Shown: in pieces, positions 24,759-37,625 of the stretch | Layout: every line of letters begins with the position of its first letter | Position numbering within the stretch: the first letter of the stretch is position 1 | Assembly (NCBI GenBank): GCA_051362555.1 | Contig: CM120641.1 | Location: 14,942,001-15,006,000, forward strand | Source: Lingula anatina | Taxonomy: Eukaryota; Animalia; Brachiopoda | DNA length: 64,000 nt | Direction: 5' to 3' | Made by a program: the position numbers and the translations under genes | The notes under the pieces: model-generated | Seen by the model: the letters and a program-made list of their open reading frames with translations, nothing else | Database searches by the model: none | What the model was told of the DNA's origin: nothing

Positions 24759-26442
24759 GGGGAGACACCCCGGGGTAAGTCGCCCCCCCCCCCCCCCCCC
24801 CCCCGTCAATTTATAAAAAAAAGTAACTACGAGGTAAAAAAAAATTGGACACATACTCTTGTTAAGTGACCGTAGCTTACAATGCTAAGGAAATGTCGGA
24901 CGTTAAAAAGTTTTACTTAATCGGTGAGTCGAAATAAACAATTTTTGCTCCTAAAAGTAATTTTGTTTAAGAGATTTAGAAATCTATTTTCATAGGATTT
25001 TGATCGAATATAATATATGTATAGGGCATCAAACTGAAGCTCATTGTTTCAAGTTTCACAGAGATGTATCATCGTTGCTCATTCTAGTACCATAAATGGC
25101 TGCCATCCTTTAAAATAAAAAATGTGGTAGTTGGCTCCCTTGACTCGGGACAAGTTGGACCCTCATATTACCCACATCCTTTGCGCGCAACAGAGCTAGA
25201 GACCATTGTTGAAACAAACTCAATGGTTTGTTAAATAATTACCAGTTTAAAACTGAATTTGTTACTTTCTTTTAAAACGAAATTGTATTATATGTTTTCA
25301 TTCATTAAATACCTGCATTATACCATTATTAATTCATTTTAAATTAAAACAAAACAACATTTATTGATTAATATTTTGGTTCTTGCAACACATACAACGT
25401 GACGTACGGAAACCTCAATAAATCTGCCTCATTTGAACTATTTATTCATCAAAGACTCTCAAAAACTCTCATTCTAGCACCATAAAAGGCTGCCATCCTT
25501 TAAAATAAATAATGTGCACACGGGGTTAGTTGGCCCCATTGACTCGGGGCAAGTTGGACCCTCATATTACCCACAAACCTTTGCGTGCAACGTTGTTTGA
25601 AATAAACAAGTTGGTGAAATTGACAAAGCTTGCTGGTGTTTACCGTCTGATTGATTTTATTTAATTTGCTCTCTGGTGTCTTTTCAAAAATTTATATTAG
25701 AAATGTTCTGTTGCTTGTATGTATTAAAAAGTAAATCCATTGGAATTTCCTTAGAAAAACATTTATTTTGCCTTAATTCATTGTAAGGGGATTCCCTTTG
25801 TATTTATAGTGTTATATGTGGCCCCAAGGGGATTTTCCACCCCTCCCTAGCTAGAGACCATTGTTGAAACAAACTCAATGGTTTAAAACTGAATTTGTTA
25901 CTTTCTTTTAAAACGAACATTTATTATTCGTTTCATTCATTAAAACCCTGCTTTATACCATTATTAATTTATTCTTAATTAAAACAAAACAAATTTTATT
26001 GATAAATATTTTGGTTCTTGCAACACATACCCCCCCCCCCCCCCCACAACGTGACGTAAGGAAACCTGACTAAAACTGCCTCATTTGAACTATTTATTCA
26101 TCAAAGACTCTCAGAAACCAATTTAATAAGTTAAAAATGAATAAAAATGTATTTCAAGGCGTTTACATTGGATATATACTTCATTTTCGTATAGGTGGGC
26201 CAACTTGCCCCGACCCTGGGGCCAACTTGCCCCGTGGCGGGGCAAGTTGGCCCCCCTGACGTCAACTGCGTTTTTTGTCAAATTGTGAGCCATCTGGCAT
26301 TATATTTGAAAAATAATGACGTTGCATACGTAGCCTAGTTCATGGGGCTTACTTTGAAACCGGTTTTGTTACTCTAACTCATTCCAAATTGGCTCTACAA
26401 GGCCAAAAGTGTCGAACTGGGCCAACTAGCCCCGGTCTCCCC
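24759..26442. mobile_element. Non-autonomous Tc1/mariner-superfamily (pogo-like) element upstream of TLR2
   Basis: Ends GGGGAGAC..CGGGG / CCCCGGTCTCCCC with TA on both sides (24757-58, 26443-44); repeated GGGGCAAGTTGGCC motif; internal duplication (~25078-25460 vs ~25468-26112). Confidence 0.75.
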
Positions 26443-26834
26443 TATGTGTCCGAGCCCCACTTTCACCCCCACCCTAGGGGAACGGCAATGTTGTCCTGAT
26501 TATTTTTGAAATTTTACAGGTCCACCCCCAATATATTTACAGTATACCTTTTGACATTTCAATGACCAAGCCCGCTTTTGATACAAAATCTCGTCCCTAC
26601 ACATGTAATGAATGTTGATAATTAGTATCGTTTTGTTTGTGTTTGTGCACATATTGATATTTGTAAGGCACATGGCATTGATATTGGTCATGGGTTCTAG
26701 TCTTACTTCCACCTTTATATTTCCATATTTACTTAAAACCATACTTCCTTTGCTGATAAGAGAATGCACCACAATATAAGAAAAAGGGTTGCTCGTTGAA
26801 AACGTAATTTCTGTCAAACTCTACAGCATTCAGC

Positions 26835-29366
26835 ATGTTGTGCAAACTTGTAACTCTGTTAGTTTTCACCACGCTGTCATTGGCCTGGCGGCCGCATCAT
26901 GATTCCAGCAATTGTTCAATTGAAAATGCCCCACTGCGCCAAGATGTCATTTACAACTGCTCGGGTAGGAAGCTTCACGGCGTTCCAGTCGACTTTCCAG
27001 ACAATGTCACGGTGATCGATTTATCCTACAATCGAATCACCAGCATAACGCCGGGTAATTTCGCTCATCTGCGTAATCTCAGTCGCCTGTACCTGTCGGA
27101 CAATCGCATAGGAAAACTTGAGTTGGGTGCATTTGTAGATGTCCCTAATTTACGAGTGTTGAATCTACGATCTAATTACTTACGAATGGATTACGAGTCA
27201 TTTCCACGAGGCGTTTTTAAAAATCTGTCCCAATTACAATGGTTAGATGTAAAAAACAACACCAACCGTTACCCACAACCGAACGAAAACTATCCTGACG
27301 AGACCTTCAAAGACTTGGCGGGTTTAACAGAACTATATCTGGACGGACTTAATATGGAGAATTCTGTTCTTGGCCCAGGATTTGCTTCTCTTAAAAGATT
27401 GCGTTTATTGGATTTTTCTGGAGATAACGGACGCTGCAGTCTAAAGAAATTAAGTAAAAATGTATTTTACAATTTACGCAATCTTCAATTGGAGCATCTC
27501 GATCTAGCGTTTTGTGAACTGTATAAAATTGATAACTTAACTTTCAGCTTTCTACAAACAATCAAGACTCTTGATATTTCAGGTAACAAATATCTTGGAT
27601 TAAATAGACTGGGAGGAGTTTTTTATGGATTACAAAATTCATCTTTAGAGCGGCTAATACTGAATGCAACAACGTCTCCAGATGATAGAACGTACAAGCT
27701 GTACAGTAGTCGTGTTTTTCATTACCTCCGGAACATTACAACACTAAAACATTTAACTCTCGACACTAATTACATATCAGATCTTGAATCAGACACGCAC
27801 ATGTACGTGGAACATTTAGAAACCCTCTCCCTTTCCGATAACACGTTCCTTAACGCAGTCAAGCCAGCGTTTGACTTGTGCCATTTGCAACATCTTAAGT
27901 ACCTCAACTGGAGCTGGACATTTAGATCTAAACCTGGGATACTGTTCAAACAGCAATTAAGACGTGGAGAGTTAACGATTAATGTTGCTGCCCCCCCAAA
28001 AGTGGAGGTAGCTGATTTTAATAACAACAAATTGCAATGTCCGCTGAACCACATCATTTTGCACAACTCTACATCCATCAGGTTTCTAAACTTATCAAAC
28101 AATAATTTCTATGAATGGAATGGACCATGGGAAGTATTTGATAGCTCGCTTCGAAAGATGCATACTCTAGACCTCTCGGGTAACGGCTGTAGAAAAATCA
28201 GTGAGTGGTTCTTTTATAATTTTTCTACAACTCACATTTTACATTTACAGAATAATAAACTCGGACAATCTGACACTATAGCAAATGGCTCATATTCAAG
28301 TCCGTTTCGGTGGCTCGCCAATTTAACGTACTTGGATTTGTCTTCCAACGAAATGGAAAAAGTTTCCCCAACTTTGTTCAACAATAATACCAAGCTACAG
28401 ACAGTTATATTGAGAAACAATTATCTTACATCGGAAGGATTAAATCTTGACTTGAAAAACATATCCTTCTTGGATCTAGCCTACAATAATCTGGATTCTC
28501 TGAATGACAAAATGATGTTTGTATTAGACGACGTCCAATCACGAGAAAATTTGGTAAATGTGGTCGTAAATTTGGCGAGAAATCCGTTGCAGTGCATATG
28601 TGAAACTGAACAATTTTTCGTCTGGATGCAAAAAACAAAAGTACAATTTGTCGATCAAGATGACTATCAATGCACCCTAAAAAATGGAAGCATCGTTAGT
28701 ATAAAACAACTTTCTGCGATCATTGGACACCTCAAAGTCACGTGCGCTTCTAAACTTACTTTGACACTTGTGTCTGTTGCTGTTTCACTCGTAATCGTTA
28801 CTGTTGTCGCGTCTGCGGTGTATTACAGATTCAGATGGGAAATTAAGTATTTCTTTTATAAATTACGAATAAGACGCAAAGAATACGAAGAAGTTCACGG
28901 AGATGATAACTATCAATATGACGCTTTCGTGGCCTTTAGCAAGGAAGACTACAAGTGGGTGTACAGACAACTGCGACCCAATCTAGAAGACGCAGAAGCC
29001 GAGCAAGAGCGACTCCGTTTATGCCTTCATCATCGTGACTTCCTACCTGGTGAAGACATCGAGGAAAACATTATCCAATCTATCTCACAAAGCAGAAAAA
29101 CAGTTTTGGTGATAAGCCAAAATTTCGTGCGCAGCAACTGGTGCTACTTCGAAATGAAAATGGCGCGCATGCGATTGTTTGAAGAGGGAAAAGACGTCCT
29201 TGTTCTGATTATGTTGGAGGACATTCCATTCCGTGAAATGAATGACACCCTGTTTCATTTGTTTAAATCAAAAAGTTATTTGGAGTGGCCTGACAATCAA
29301 AGAGACCAAGAGCTTTTTTGGAAAAAGATAAGAATGGTACTAAAAAGAAATAATGATGGGGTTTAA
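26835..29366 (+). CDS. Toll-like receptor paralog 2, 843 aa
   Basis: Same SP-LRR-LRRCT-TM-TIR architecture; TIR nearly identical to paralog 1. Confidence 0.97.
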   Translation: MLCKLVTLLVFTTLSLAWRPHHDSSNCSIENAPLRQDVIYNCSGRKLHGVPVDFPDNVTVIDLSYNRITSITPGNFAHLRNLSRLYLSDNRIGKLELGAFVDVPNLRVLNLRSNYLRMDYESFPRGVFKNLSQLQWLDVKNNTNRYPQPNENYPDETFKDLAGLTELYLDGLNMENSVLGPGFASLKRLRLLDFSGDNGRCSLKKLSKNVFYNLRNLQLEHLDLAFCELYKIDNLTFSFLQTIKTLDISGNKYLGLNRLGGVFYGLQNSSLERLILNATTSPDDRTYKLYSSRVFHYLRNITTLKHLTLDTNYISDLESDTHMYVEHLETLSLSDNTFLNAVKPAFDLCHLQHLKYLNWSWTFRSKPGILFKQQLRRGELTINVAAPPKVEVADFNNNKLQCPLNHIILHNSTSIRFLNLSNNNFYEWNGPWEVFDSSLRKMHTLDLSGNGCRKISEWFFYNFSTTHILHLQNNKLGQSDTIANGSYSSPFRWLANLTYLDLSSNEMEKVSPTLFNNNTKLQTVILRNNYLTSEGLNLDLKNISFLDLAYNNLDSLNDKMMFVLDDVQSRENLVNVVVNLARNPLQCICETEQFFVWMQKTKVQFVDQDDYQCTLKNGSIVSIKQLSAIIGHLKVTCASKLTLTLVSVAVSLVIVTVVASAVYYRFRWEIKYFFYKLRIRRKEYEEVHGDDNYQYDAFVAFSKEDYKWVYRQLRPNLEDAEAEQERLRLCLHHRDFLPGEDIEENIIQSISQSRKTVLVISQNFVRSNWCYFEMKMARMRLFEEGKDVLVLIMLEDIPFREMNDTLFHLFKSKSYLEWPDNQRDQELFWKKIRMVLKRNNDGV

Positions 29367-30747
29367 ATCAGAACGATTATTTTTGATATGTTGCGCATAT
29401 TCAACCATATACGGTTGCGTCGTTTAACGGAAAGATCTTTCTCTGTACAAAATCCGACTCCAGATTTGTTTTAAAGATGAAACAGATGGCGAACTACTGA
29501 TTGCATTTTCGTAATTTCAACCAATTATTATTATTTTTGTTTGTTTGTTTGTTTGTTTGTTTGTTTTGGAGAAATTTCTTGCCGGACAGATATGTACGTA
29601 GAAGTAGCTAACAGAATATCTTCTAATATTAATTGACAAAATCTGTCTGATAGAATTAGCTAAAATGCACTCTAGAAATATATGATATCACCTTTTGTAC
29701 CATTGTTGATTGTATGGTAAAATGCCGCGGATAATCAGTGTTTGCTCTGTTTGCTCTTTTATTGTTGTTTATAGTAATGACTCTTCTGTGTACAAAATAT
29801 TTTAAACATGTTCATATTACAAATAACCCATTTATATAAAGCTCAATCAATAACATTTACTCTAGAATACTAGATTCTGCCGCTGAAGCTTTAATGAATA
29901 ACTTTACAAAACAGTAAAAAAACTACAATGCTCATGTGTTAAAATGCTTTCTTATTGATTTCAATACTAAATCATAGTATTCAATAACATATTTCAATTT
30001 TAGATGAAAAGTCTTGATGAAGAATGGCTCTCATAAGTAATGTAGTATTGTATACTGTAGCTATACTAGCTCCAGCACAAGTAGATTTAGACATCTTAAA
30101 CTATATAATAGCAAATTACTTTATTTTAGGGGTAGAGTATTTCTACATGTATATGCTTAGGTATACGTAAATGTTAATACACGTATATTACTGGGGAGAA
30201 ATATCATAATTAAATGAAAGACCGACATGTTTTTAATTAATTAATTAATTAATTTATTTATTTTTGTTTCTTTTTCCTTGTTTATGTCCTTTTAATTTGT
30301 CTGTTGGTTTATTTATCATCTGAAGGTGGGTGTTGTTTTAAAGTTGCGCTATTAAATCATTTTGCTGTGAATATATTCTGCGTTTTATACTTAACTAAAG
30401 CAATGGGTTAATTATTCCTGATAATAAAAAAGTTAAATGCCGAAAAATATCTACTGCTTCCTTTTTAATCAAACTGAGATAGATTATATACGTATCTTAT
30501 TGGTTACCCTACTGGATTCTCTTTTATCTAAGAGGAAGCAAAGATGACAGAGATAGTAGTGAGTCAACTTATCTGTTATCAACCTGCTTTCAATTCCACA
30601 GCAATGTTAAAGATATACGGGGTGGAATATGAATATCCACTTTTAAACATTTAAAATTTGTCAATTTGAACAATAAGTTATATTGGAATTCAACATCAGG
30701 CCAAGAGGTACATAATACTCTTGCGGATCCTGAATTCTGTTAGTGTA

Positions 30748-30750
<3 letters not shown>

Positions 30751-30788
<38 letters not shown>
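30751..30788. repeat. (GT)n microsatellite
   Basis: Seen directly; a similar tract lies at ~34967-34995. Confidence 0.95.
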
Positions 30789-30791
<3 letters not shown>

Positions 30792-31925
30792 AGGGGGGGG
30801 GGAGGGTACAAGTGCGGGAACATCCCCTCTTCGACTGGGAATTGTAAATGAGCACACAAGGATCTAACACTGTGTACATGCACGGCACAGGGAAGTAAAA
30901 CTTGTTTGGCTGTGTCTCGTAGCTGTCTTGAATTTTCCTCTTTGAAATGGGGGGGGGGGGGGGGGGGGCAGAAAAGGAAAACAGGGTATCTCAGGTGCAA
31001 AAGGAAGGAGTTTTAACCATGCTGTCACCGCCTGGTGACATCATGCCTGGTCACCGTACTGTAATGTTAGTAATTGTCAGCCACGAGTGAACAAGGAGCA
31101 GGGAGTGTTTAGTAGTGTAATTTGACTTGATTGATATGACCTAGTTGTACTTATGAGCAGAGCGTAATGTAAACAAGAGAGAACGATGTAAGAGGTTGAA
31201 CGGAGAGGAATAAATTGTAGATAGTGTAGTTAGGAAGTGATAATAAAGGATATGAAGGAACATGATGTTGTTCAGTTTTACCTCGCGTAACAAGTAAGAC
31301 AAAGTCAGTAACGTCGTCACAGTATCATAGACCGCTCCCACCCCCAGGGAAACGGCAATGTGTTTTAATGCATTTAAAGTGTTGTCTTGGTCATTCTTGA
31401 AATTATATTTCACAGGTCAGCACCTTAACATATTTTCATCTCTCGACATTTCTATCATCTATGTGTCGTTTTGAATTTTAATGTTAGTTATACAAGCGAC
31501 AAAATATGTACATTTTAATCACAGTGCATTTATTTTATGCTTATCACTGGCTTACTAATTACCAATTTCGCTTTTGATACAAAGCGTCATCCCCTTTCAC
31601 ATGGAATGTGTGTTGATAGTAAGTATCGTTTTGTTTGTGCACAAATCGATTCGATTTTATTTTTGGCTGGAAACTAAAATTATTTTTTCTAAAGCTATTC
31701 ACAGTTCAAACTTTATTTGTTTAGTAATTTCATTTTTGCTATCAGCAGCGCACGTGATATTGATATTGGTCATGGGATCGTGAGTTTTACTTCCACCTTT
31801 TTTCCTCCATATTTTCATATAACAATACTTCGTACTTCCTTTTCCAATAATAGAATCCAACACAATATAAGAAAAAGGGTCTCTCGTTGAAATCGCAGTA
31901 TCCGTCAAACTCTACAGCATTCAGC

Positions 31926-34451
31926 ATGTTGTGCAAACTTGTAACTCTGTTAGTTTTCATCACGCTGTCATTGGCCTGGCGGCCGCATCATGATTCCAGC
32001 AATTGTTCAATTGAAAATGCCCCACTGCGCCAAGATGTCATTTACAACTGCTCGGGTAGGAAGCTTCACGGCGTTCCAGTCGACTTTCCAGACAATGTCA
32101 CGGTGATCGATTTATCCTACAATCGAATCACCAGCATAACGCCGGGTAATTTCGCTCATCTGCGTAATCTCAGTCGCCTGTACCTGTCGGACAATCGCAT
32201 AGGAAAACTTGAGTTGGGTGCATTTGTAGACGTCCCTAATTTACGAGTGTTGAATCTACGATCTAATTACTTACGAATGGATTACGAGTCATTTCCACGA
32301 GGCGTTTTTAAAAATCTGTCCCAATTACAATGGTTAGATGTAAAAAACAACACCAACCGTTACCCAAAACCGAACGAAAACTACCCTGACGAGACCCTCA
32401 AAGACCTGACGGGTTTAACAGAACTATATCTGGACGGACTTAATATGGAGAATTCTATTCTTGGCCCAGGATTTGCTTCTCTTAAAAGATTGCGTTTATT
32501 GGATTTTTCTGGAGATAACGGACGCTGCAGTCTAAAGAAATTAAGTAAAAATGTATTTTACAATTTACGCAATCTTCAATTGGAGCATCTCGATCTAGCG
32601 TTTTGTGAACTGTATAAGATTGATAACTTAACTTTCAGTTTTCTACAAACAATCAAGACTCTTGATATTTCAGGTAACAAATATCTTGGCTTAAATAGAC
32701 TGGGAGGAGTTTTTTATGGATTACAAAATTCATCTTTAGAGCGGTTAATACTGAATGCAACAACGTCTCCAGAAGATAGAACGTACAAGCTGTACAGTAG
32801 TCGTGTTTTTCATTATCTCCAGAACATTACTACATTAAAACATTTAACTCTCGACACTAATTTCATATCGGATCTAGAAAATAACACCCACGTGTACTTG
32901 GAACATTTAGAACTTCTCTCCCTTTCCGATAACACGTTCCTTAACGCAATCAAGCCAGCGTTTGACTTAAGCCATTTGCAACACATTAGGTACCTCAACT
33001 GGAGCTGGACATTTAGATCTAAACCTGTGGTGCAGTTCGAACAGCAATTAATACATGGACAGTTCAAGTTCAACTGTTTTTCACCTCCAAATTTAGAGGT
33101 GGCTGACTTTAATGACAACAATGTGCGTTATCCACTCAACCACATCATTGTTCATAACGCTACGTCTCTCAGGTTTCTAAACTTATCAAACAATAATTTC
33201 TATGAATGGAATGGACCATGGGAAGTATTAGATAACTCGTTTCAGAAGATGAGTACTCTAGACCTCTCAGGTAACGGCTGTAGAAAAATCAGTGAGACAT
33301 TCTTCTGTAATTTTTCGACAACTCAATGTTTACATCTGCACAATAATAAACTCAGATATTCTGAAACTATATCAAATGGCTCATATCCAAGTCCGTTTCG
33401 GTGGCTCGTCAATTTAACATACTTGGATTTGTCTTCCAACGAAATGGAAAAAGTTTCCCCAACTTTGTTCAACAATAATACCAAGCTACAGACAGTGATG
33501 TTGAGAAACAATTATCTTACTTCGGATGGATTAAATCTTGACTTGAAAAACATATCCTTCTTGGATCTCGCCTACAATAATCTGGACTCTCTGAATGACA
33601 AAATGATGTCTGTATTAGACGACGTCCAATCACGAGAAAATTTGGCAAATGTGGTCGTAAATTTGGCGGGAAATCCGTTGCAGTGCATATGTGAAACTGA
33701 ACAATTTTACGTCTGGATGCAAAAAACAAAAATACAATTTGTCGGTCAAGATGACTATCAATGCACCCTAAAAAATGGAAGCAGCGTTAGTATAAAACAA
33801 CTTTCTGCAATCATTGGACACCTAAAAGTCACGTGCGCTTCTCAATTTACTTTGACACTCGTGTCTGTTGTTGTTTCACTCGTTATCGTTACTGTTGTCA
33901 TGTTTGCGGTGTATTACAGATTCAGATGGGAAATTAAGTATTTCTTTTATAAATTACGAATAAGACGCAAAGAATACGAAGAAGTTCACGGAGATGATAA
34001 CTATCAATATGACGCTTTCGTGGCATTTAGCAAGGAAGACTACAAGTGGGTGTACAGACAACTGCGACCTAAGCTAGAAGACGCAGAAGCCGAAGAAGAC
34101 CGACTCCGTTTATGTCTTCATCATCGTGACTTCCTGCCAGGTGAAGACATCGAGGAAAACATTATCCAATCTATCTCACAAAGCAGAAAAACAGTTTTAG
34201 TTATAAGTCAGAATTTCGTGCGCAGCAACTGGTGCTATTTCGAAATGAAAATGGCGCGCATGCGATTGTTTGAAGAGGGAAAAGACGTCCTTGTTCTGAT
34301 TTTGTTAGAGGACATTCCATTCCGTGAAATGAATGACACTTTGTTTCATTTGTTTAAGTCAAAAAGTTATTTAGAGTGGTCTGAACACGAAGGTGCTCAT
34401 GACTTATTTTGGAGAAAGCTAAAAATGGTCCTGAAAAGAAAGAACATTTAG
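31926..34451 (+). CDS. Toll-like receptor paralog 3, 841 aa
   Basis: ATG at 31926 is homologous to the paralog 1 and 2 starts (MLCK); same architecture; divergent C-terminus WSEHEGAHDLFWRKLKMVLKRKNI. Confidence 0.97.
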   Translation: MLCKLVTLLVFITLSLAWRPHHDSSNCSIENAPLRQDVIYNCSGRKLHGVPVDFPDNVTVIDLSYNRITSITPGNFAHLRNLSRLYLSDNRIGKLELGAFVDVPNLRVLNLRSNYLRMDYESFPRGVFKNLSQLQWLDVKNNTNRYPKPNENYPDETLKDLTGLTELYLDGLNMENSILGPGFASLKRLRLLDFSGDNGRCSLKKLSKNVFYNLRNLQLEHLDLAFCELYKIDNLTFSFLQTIKTLDISGNKYLGLNRLGGVFYGLQNSSLERLILNATTSPEDRTYKLYSSRVFHYLQNITTLKHLTLDTNFISDLENNTHVYLEHLELLSLSDNTFLNAIKPAFDLSHLQHIRYLNWSWTFRSKPVVQFEQQLIHGQFKFNCFSPPNLEVADFNDNNVRYPLNHIIVHNATSLRFLNLSNNNFYEWNGPWEVLDNSFQKMSTLDLSGNGCRKISETFFCNFSTTQCLHLHNNKLRYSETISNGSYPSPFRWLVNLTYLDLSSNEMEKVSPTLFNNNTKLQTVMLRNNYLTSDGLNLDLKNISFLDLAYNNLDSLNDKMMSVLDDVQSRENLANVVVNLAGNPLQCICETEQFYVWMQKTKIQFVGQDDYQCTLKNGSSVSIKQLSAIIGHLKVTCASQFTLTLVSVVVSLVIVTVVMFAVYYRFRWEIKYFFYKLRIRRKEYEEVHGDDNYQYDAFVAFSKEDYKWVYRQLRPKLEDAEAEEDRLRLCLHHRDFLPGEDIEENIIQSISQSRKTVLVISQNFVRSNWCYFEMKMARMRLFEEGKDVLVLILLEDIPFREMNDTLFHLFKSKSYLEWSEHEGAHDLFWRKLKMVLKRKNI

Positions 34452-34963
34452 TTGTTTATGATGAAACAGAACTTGTGAGTCATTTATTTAGCGGATTACC
34501 CATGTAAAACCTGCTTCAGTCTGTTTTGTTTTGAAATTTAAAGAAATTGCGTGCTGGCATTCGCTGCACTGTTGTTGAATGTGCTGGATTCCATTAATTG
34601 TTAGGCATTTCTCAACTAACGCATTATAAATTGGACACCCACTTTCAACGCTTGTTTCAGATTTTCAAAACAACAGAAAGGGGGAAGGGGTTAAATCAAA
34701 CATGAAAGATAAATCAACAACTAGAAAAATAAGTAAAGATGAAAATATTTAAAAGAATAATATGGATTTGATTGAATTAGTGTATATTAAAGCCCTATAT
34801 AAGTAAAAAAAATTGGTTTTCTTCATAATCTTGATATGGCAGGGGGGAAAAGTTTCATCTTACTAGGAAACCTGGTGTAACAACAGAACTGTTGAGGGTT
34901 TTTTTTAATCCGAGTTTTAAGATCTTTTATTTGACTAAGTTTCGTCAATACTGTCTGTGTGTG

Positions 34964-34998
<35 letters not shown>

Positions 34999-35381
34999 TA
35001 AAAGAGCAACTTCAGTGTTTCCCAATAGAAGGTACAAGATACATAACATTCATCAGTTGATCGCTGTCGAGGCAGTCACAATGAATGCGTTGCGTTCAGC
35101 TATCACTTAAAGACGCTTTGTAAAGCAACCTCCTGGAAATAACATACACTAAGCAGGCTAGCAATGCCATGAATAACAAGTAAGAGATATCAAAATCACC
35201 GATTGAAAAGGGTTGCTGAAATATTCGAAAGCACCAGAAAATATGAAAGCGAGGTTGATTTGATTCTAATACTTTCACCTGTTGGCTGCGTGTTATATTT
35301 TTTGTGAGGGGACCGCTGGCCTCGTGTCTGCCTCTTAGGAACATTAATTAACGAGCCGACTGACGGAACAAGTTTTTTTAA

Positions 35382-35447
35382 GACACATGTATGGAGCTGT
35401 TGAAATCACACAGCAAGAGCAAACCGTCTCCGGAACTCGGACTTGAG
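35382..35447 (+). pseudogene. Truncated folate-receptor-like exon 1 (3' third only)
   Basis: DTCMELLKSHSKSKPSPELGLE|gtagag; 5' part lost by deletion. Confidence 0.85.
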
Positions 35448-37153
35448 GTAGAGATTTACATGTATCTGAATATTTAACGCTCAGTTAAACTTATCTACAG
35501 CGTATTGGAATCAACTTGGCCCACCAGTACATGTGCATGTGTTTTATCCGTTTTATTAACGTGGTGGTCTCAGGCAAGTTTATACTACCATTATGTAATA
35601 GACACTAGATGTAGGTCAATACTTTACAAACAGGGGGAAGTCAGAATGTGTGTACATGTATGTATGTATGTACAAACTATTTATATACTCGCGTATATGC
35701 ATAGAAAGAAAAAAACATGCCCCCCCCCCCTCACACCAAACAAGTTACGAAAGGTGAGAAACTTTAAATGTCTACCTCTGTACGAGCTAGGACACGCAGT
35801 CCCGGTACTTATACATGTAGTGCCCTTATTTAACCAACAGCATCTTACGGAAATACATGTAAGCATTATACACGTCACCCAAGGGCTTAGTTCGAATAGT
35901 CTTTTTTGATGAAAAGAGGGTTTAGTAAAAATACTGAAAGGGATAACAAGTGTGCGTATGAGATTTGTATTTCACATATGAGATTCATAAATTGTAAACA
36001 ACTCATAAAAATATAATAAATTCAATTTTACCACCTAAACGGCGGTTATCGCAATTATTTTGGAATCTGTGCTTGTCATCAGACCACGTGGACCTTATCT
36101 ATACGTACATACACATAAAGATATATACACCTCCGTAAAAATCTCCAAAGAGTTTATTATAAAATCAATTTTTTAGAAAAAGACCATGGACTAACTTTGA
36201 ATGCTTGCAGATTCATTAACCTGGTAAGTATGGGAAAATCGTCGTTTACCCCTGGAAAATTAGTTTTTTGGCCAAAACTAACGGCTGCTATCCCTTGAAT
36301 AATCCATTTTTTACGTGTTATATTTTTTGTGAGGCGACCGCTGGCCTCGTGTCTGCCTCTTGGGAACATTAAGGAGCCGACTGACGGAACAAGTTAGTTT
36401 TTTTTAAGAAGCAGCGGCGATTATGGTCGTTGCGCTGGGAGTGAGAAGTCCGAACAGGATGACGTCTCGTTTCTACGAACAGTAAGGTTGAACTAGTTGA
36501 ATATGGCACAACTCCCCCTACCCAGGTCGCCAAAGTAGTAGCTTTCAGAATGAAGACTACTGAGTATACCGCAGAAAATAGTTTCAGGCCAAGAGAGAGC
36601 CAGCCTAGGGCATATTTCTAGCTAAAATGTAATCAGTGGAACAGCGCCCCCGTTGAGTTAATATCATATATAAAAGTTATATCTGTCATCAATAAACTTC
36701 CTACAGTGTACATCACATATCGGTGACATCTCTGTATAGAGTAGTAGGCCACTGATTGTTATCATCCACATCCAGCTGGAAAAAAATTCTCAGCGCAATT
36801 ACCCACCTCAAAGAAACACTTTTCAAAATAATCCACCTTTCTGGGCTTTGCCATGTGCCTGGGTCTCTCATGGGCCTATAACATTACTGTCACACCTGCT
36901 CCCTGGACCACCACAAACATCCACATTCCAGGCTCTGTCAGCAAGCAAACATTATCATATGATTGTATTAGGCTGTGTAGTAGTAGTAGTAGTTTATTAT
37001 CATCACTGTATGCGTATGATTACATAATAAATATCTAGCGAGCAGAACATTACATACAGGGATAAATGATCAATAAAGGCATTACAAGTATAATATGTAG
37101 CGCAATACAATACCATGACAAAAACTTATAGTTCGGTACACCGTTTTTAAAAG

Positions 37154-37625
37154 CTACGTTTCTGATATTTTCAAGACCTTGTATACATATGAAACGACTA
37201 AGTGCAAATTGTTCTTTGAAAATAGATCCCCTAAGGACGTATATACCAGCTCAGGGTAGGCAGAACGCGTCACTGATGTGAGCTCGCATTTGCTTATAAC
37301 ATGTACAGGGGGGTAGCTCTGTTTGCATTTCACCACACTTGCAGACACGTTCGTTCCTCTCTTTACGACACCAACGACCCGTTTCGATTGCCAATCTACG
37401 AGAACTTAGCCTAAACCTAGTAGTAGCTATGCGTAGATATTCCGGGATATCGAAGCGGTTTGCGTACATATCCCACACTTCCAGATTGGGGTTCATTTCT
37501 AAATAAGTTGTTGCTTTTGTTTGATTCGAATTTTTAAGTTGATCTTTTAGGTTTTCAATGTCCAAGTAAATATGATTGGATGTACATGTAACCACCTTCC
37601 CTATAGCTGGTGGAAGCCACTGCAT
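37154..37625 (-). mobile_element. Non-LTR retrotransposon ORF2 C-terminal fragment (frameshifted copy)
   Basis: LRIATTRFRLSSRRLAIETGRW..ERVCKCGEMQTE; 10-bp insertion relative to the 39983 copy. Confidence 0.8.

Noticed and set aside
30661-31000. ORFs with HT, poly-P or poly-G runs (also 34892, 53985, 62802-63114)
   Set aside because: Translations of microsatellites and homopolymers.
31887-31925. N-terminal extension of TLR3 in the ORF track
   Set aside because: Starts at TTG; the ATG at 31926 matches the paralogs and gives a proper signal peptide.
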